In this document: positions 63,807 to 64,000 of the stretch, piece by piece
How the letters are laid out: the number at the start of each line of letters is the position of its first letter
Position numbering within the stretch: the first letter of the stretch is position 1
Source of the DNA: Zootoca vivipara
Taxonomy: Eukaryota
Length of the DNA stretch: 64,000 nt
Reading direction: 5' to 3'
Assembly (NCBI RefSeq): GCF_963506605.1
Contig: NC_083280.1
Coordinates: 85,560,001 to 85,624,000 of the forward strand
Made by a program: the position numbers and the translations under genes
The notes under the pieces: generated by a model
The model's database searches: none
The model's input: only the letters and a program-made list of their open reading frames with translations
What the model was told of the DNA's origin: nothing

Positions 63807-64000
63807 GCTAATCCTTGCCCTGACTTTTCCATTTCATGTTTTCTTTTCTTCCTCCTCCTGTACTTGCAGAATTGCTGACGGCTGCATTAGTTGGGTGTCT
63901 CCTCTCGATCTGTTCACTTTGCATCTGTGCCCATGTTCACGTTCACCTTGACTTTATGTCTCTTGCGTGTGGCCTTTGGGGAATCTGACATATGGATCCC

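Noticed and set aside
63639-63878. Poly-Ser/Gln ORF
   Set aside because: (CAG)n microsatellite in an intron; no coding context.

Overview
Vertebrate genomic DNA, almost certainly a lacertid lizard (Sauria SINEs, BovB, Squam3-like SINE, CR1, L2, L1, Penelope, and many hAT and Tc1/mariner-pogo MITEs). The window appears to lie entirely within two long introns of a CaMKII gene on the + strand. The only host exon is the 60-nt exon 3 at 46974-47033 ([20 protein letters not shown]); CAMK2G is the best guess from codon usage. Most ORFs in the supplied track are chance ORFs or TE remnants. The main unannotated element is an antisense, intronless perilipin (PLIN3/PLIN2-like) retrocopy fragment at about 62451-62964, split by a hAT MITE whose duplicated target site records an older nonsense mutation. 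Other points of interest: three mariner-type MITEs stacked end to end on shared TA sites; a 14/28-bp minisatellite made of sense-strand GTAAGT splice-donor motifs; multi-level nested TE insertions; two candidate poison/cryptic exons; and a ~1 kb unexplained coding-like antisense segment. I see no prokaryotic-type system (CRISPR, operons) and no intact autonomous element. TE family names come from pattern recognition, not database searches.
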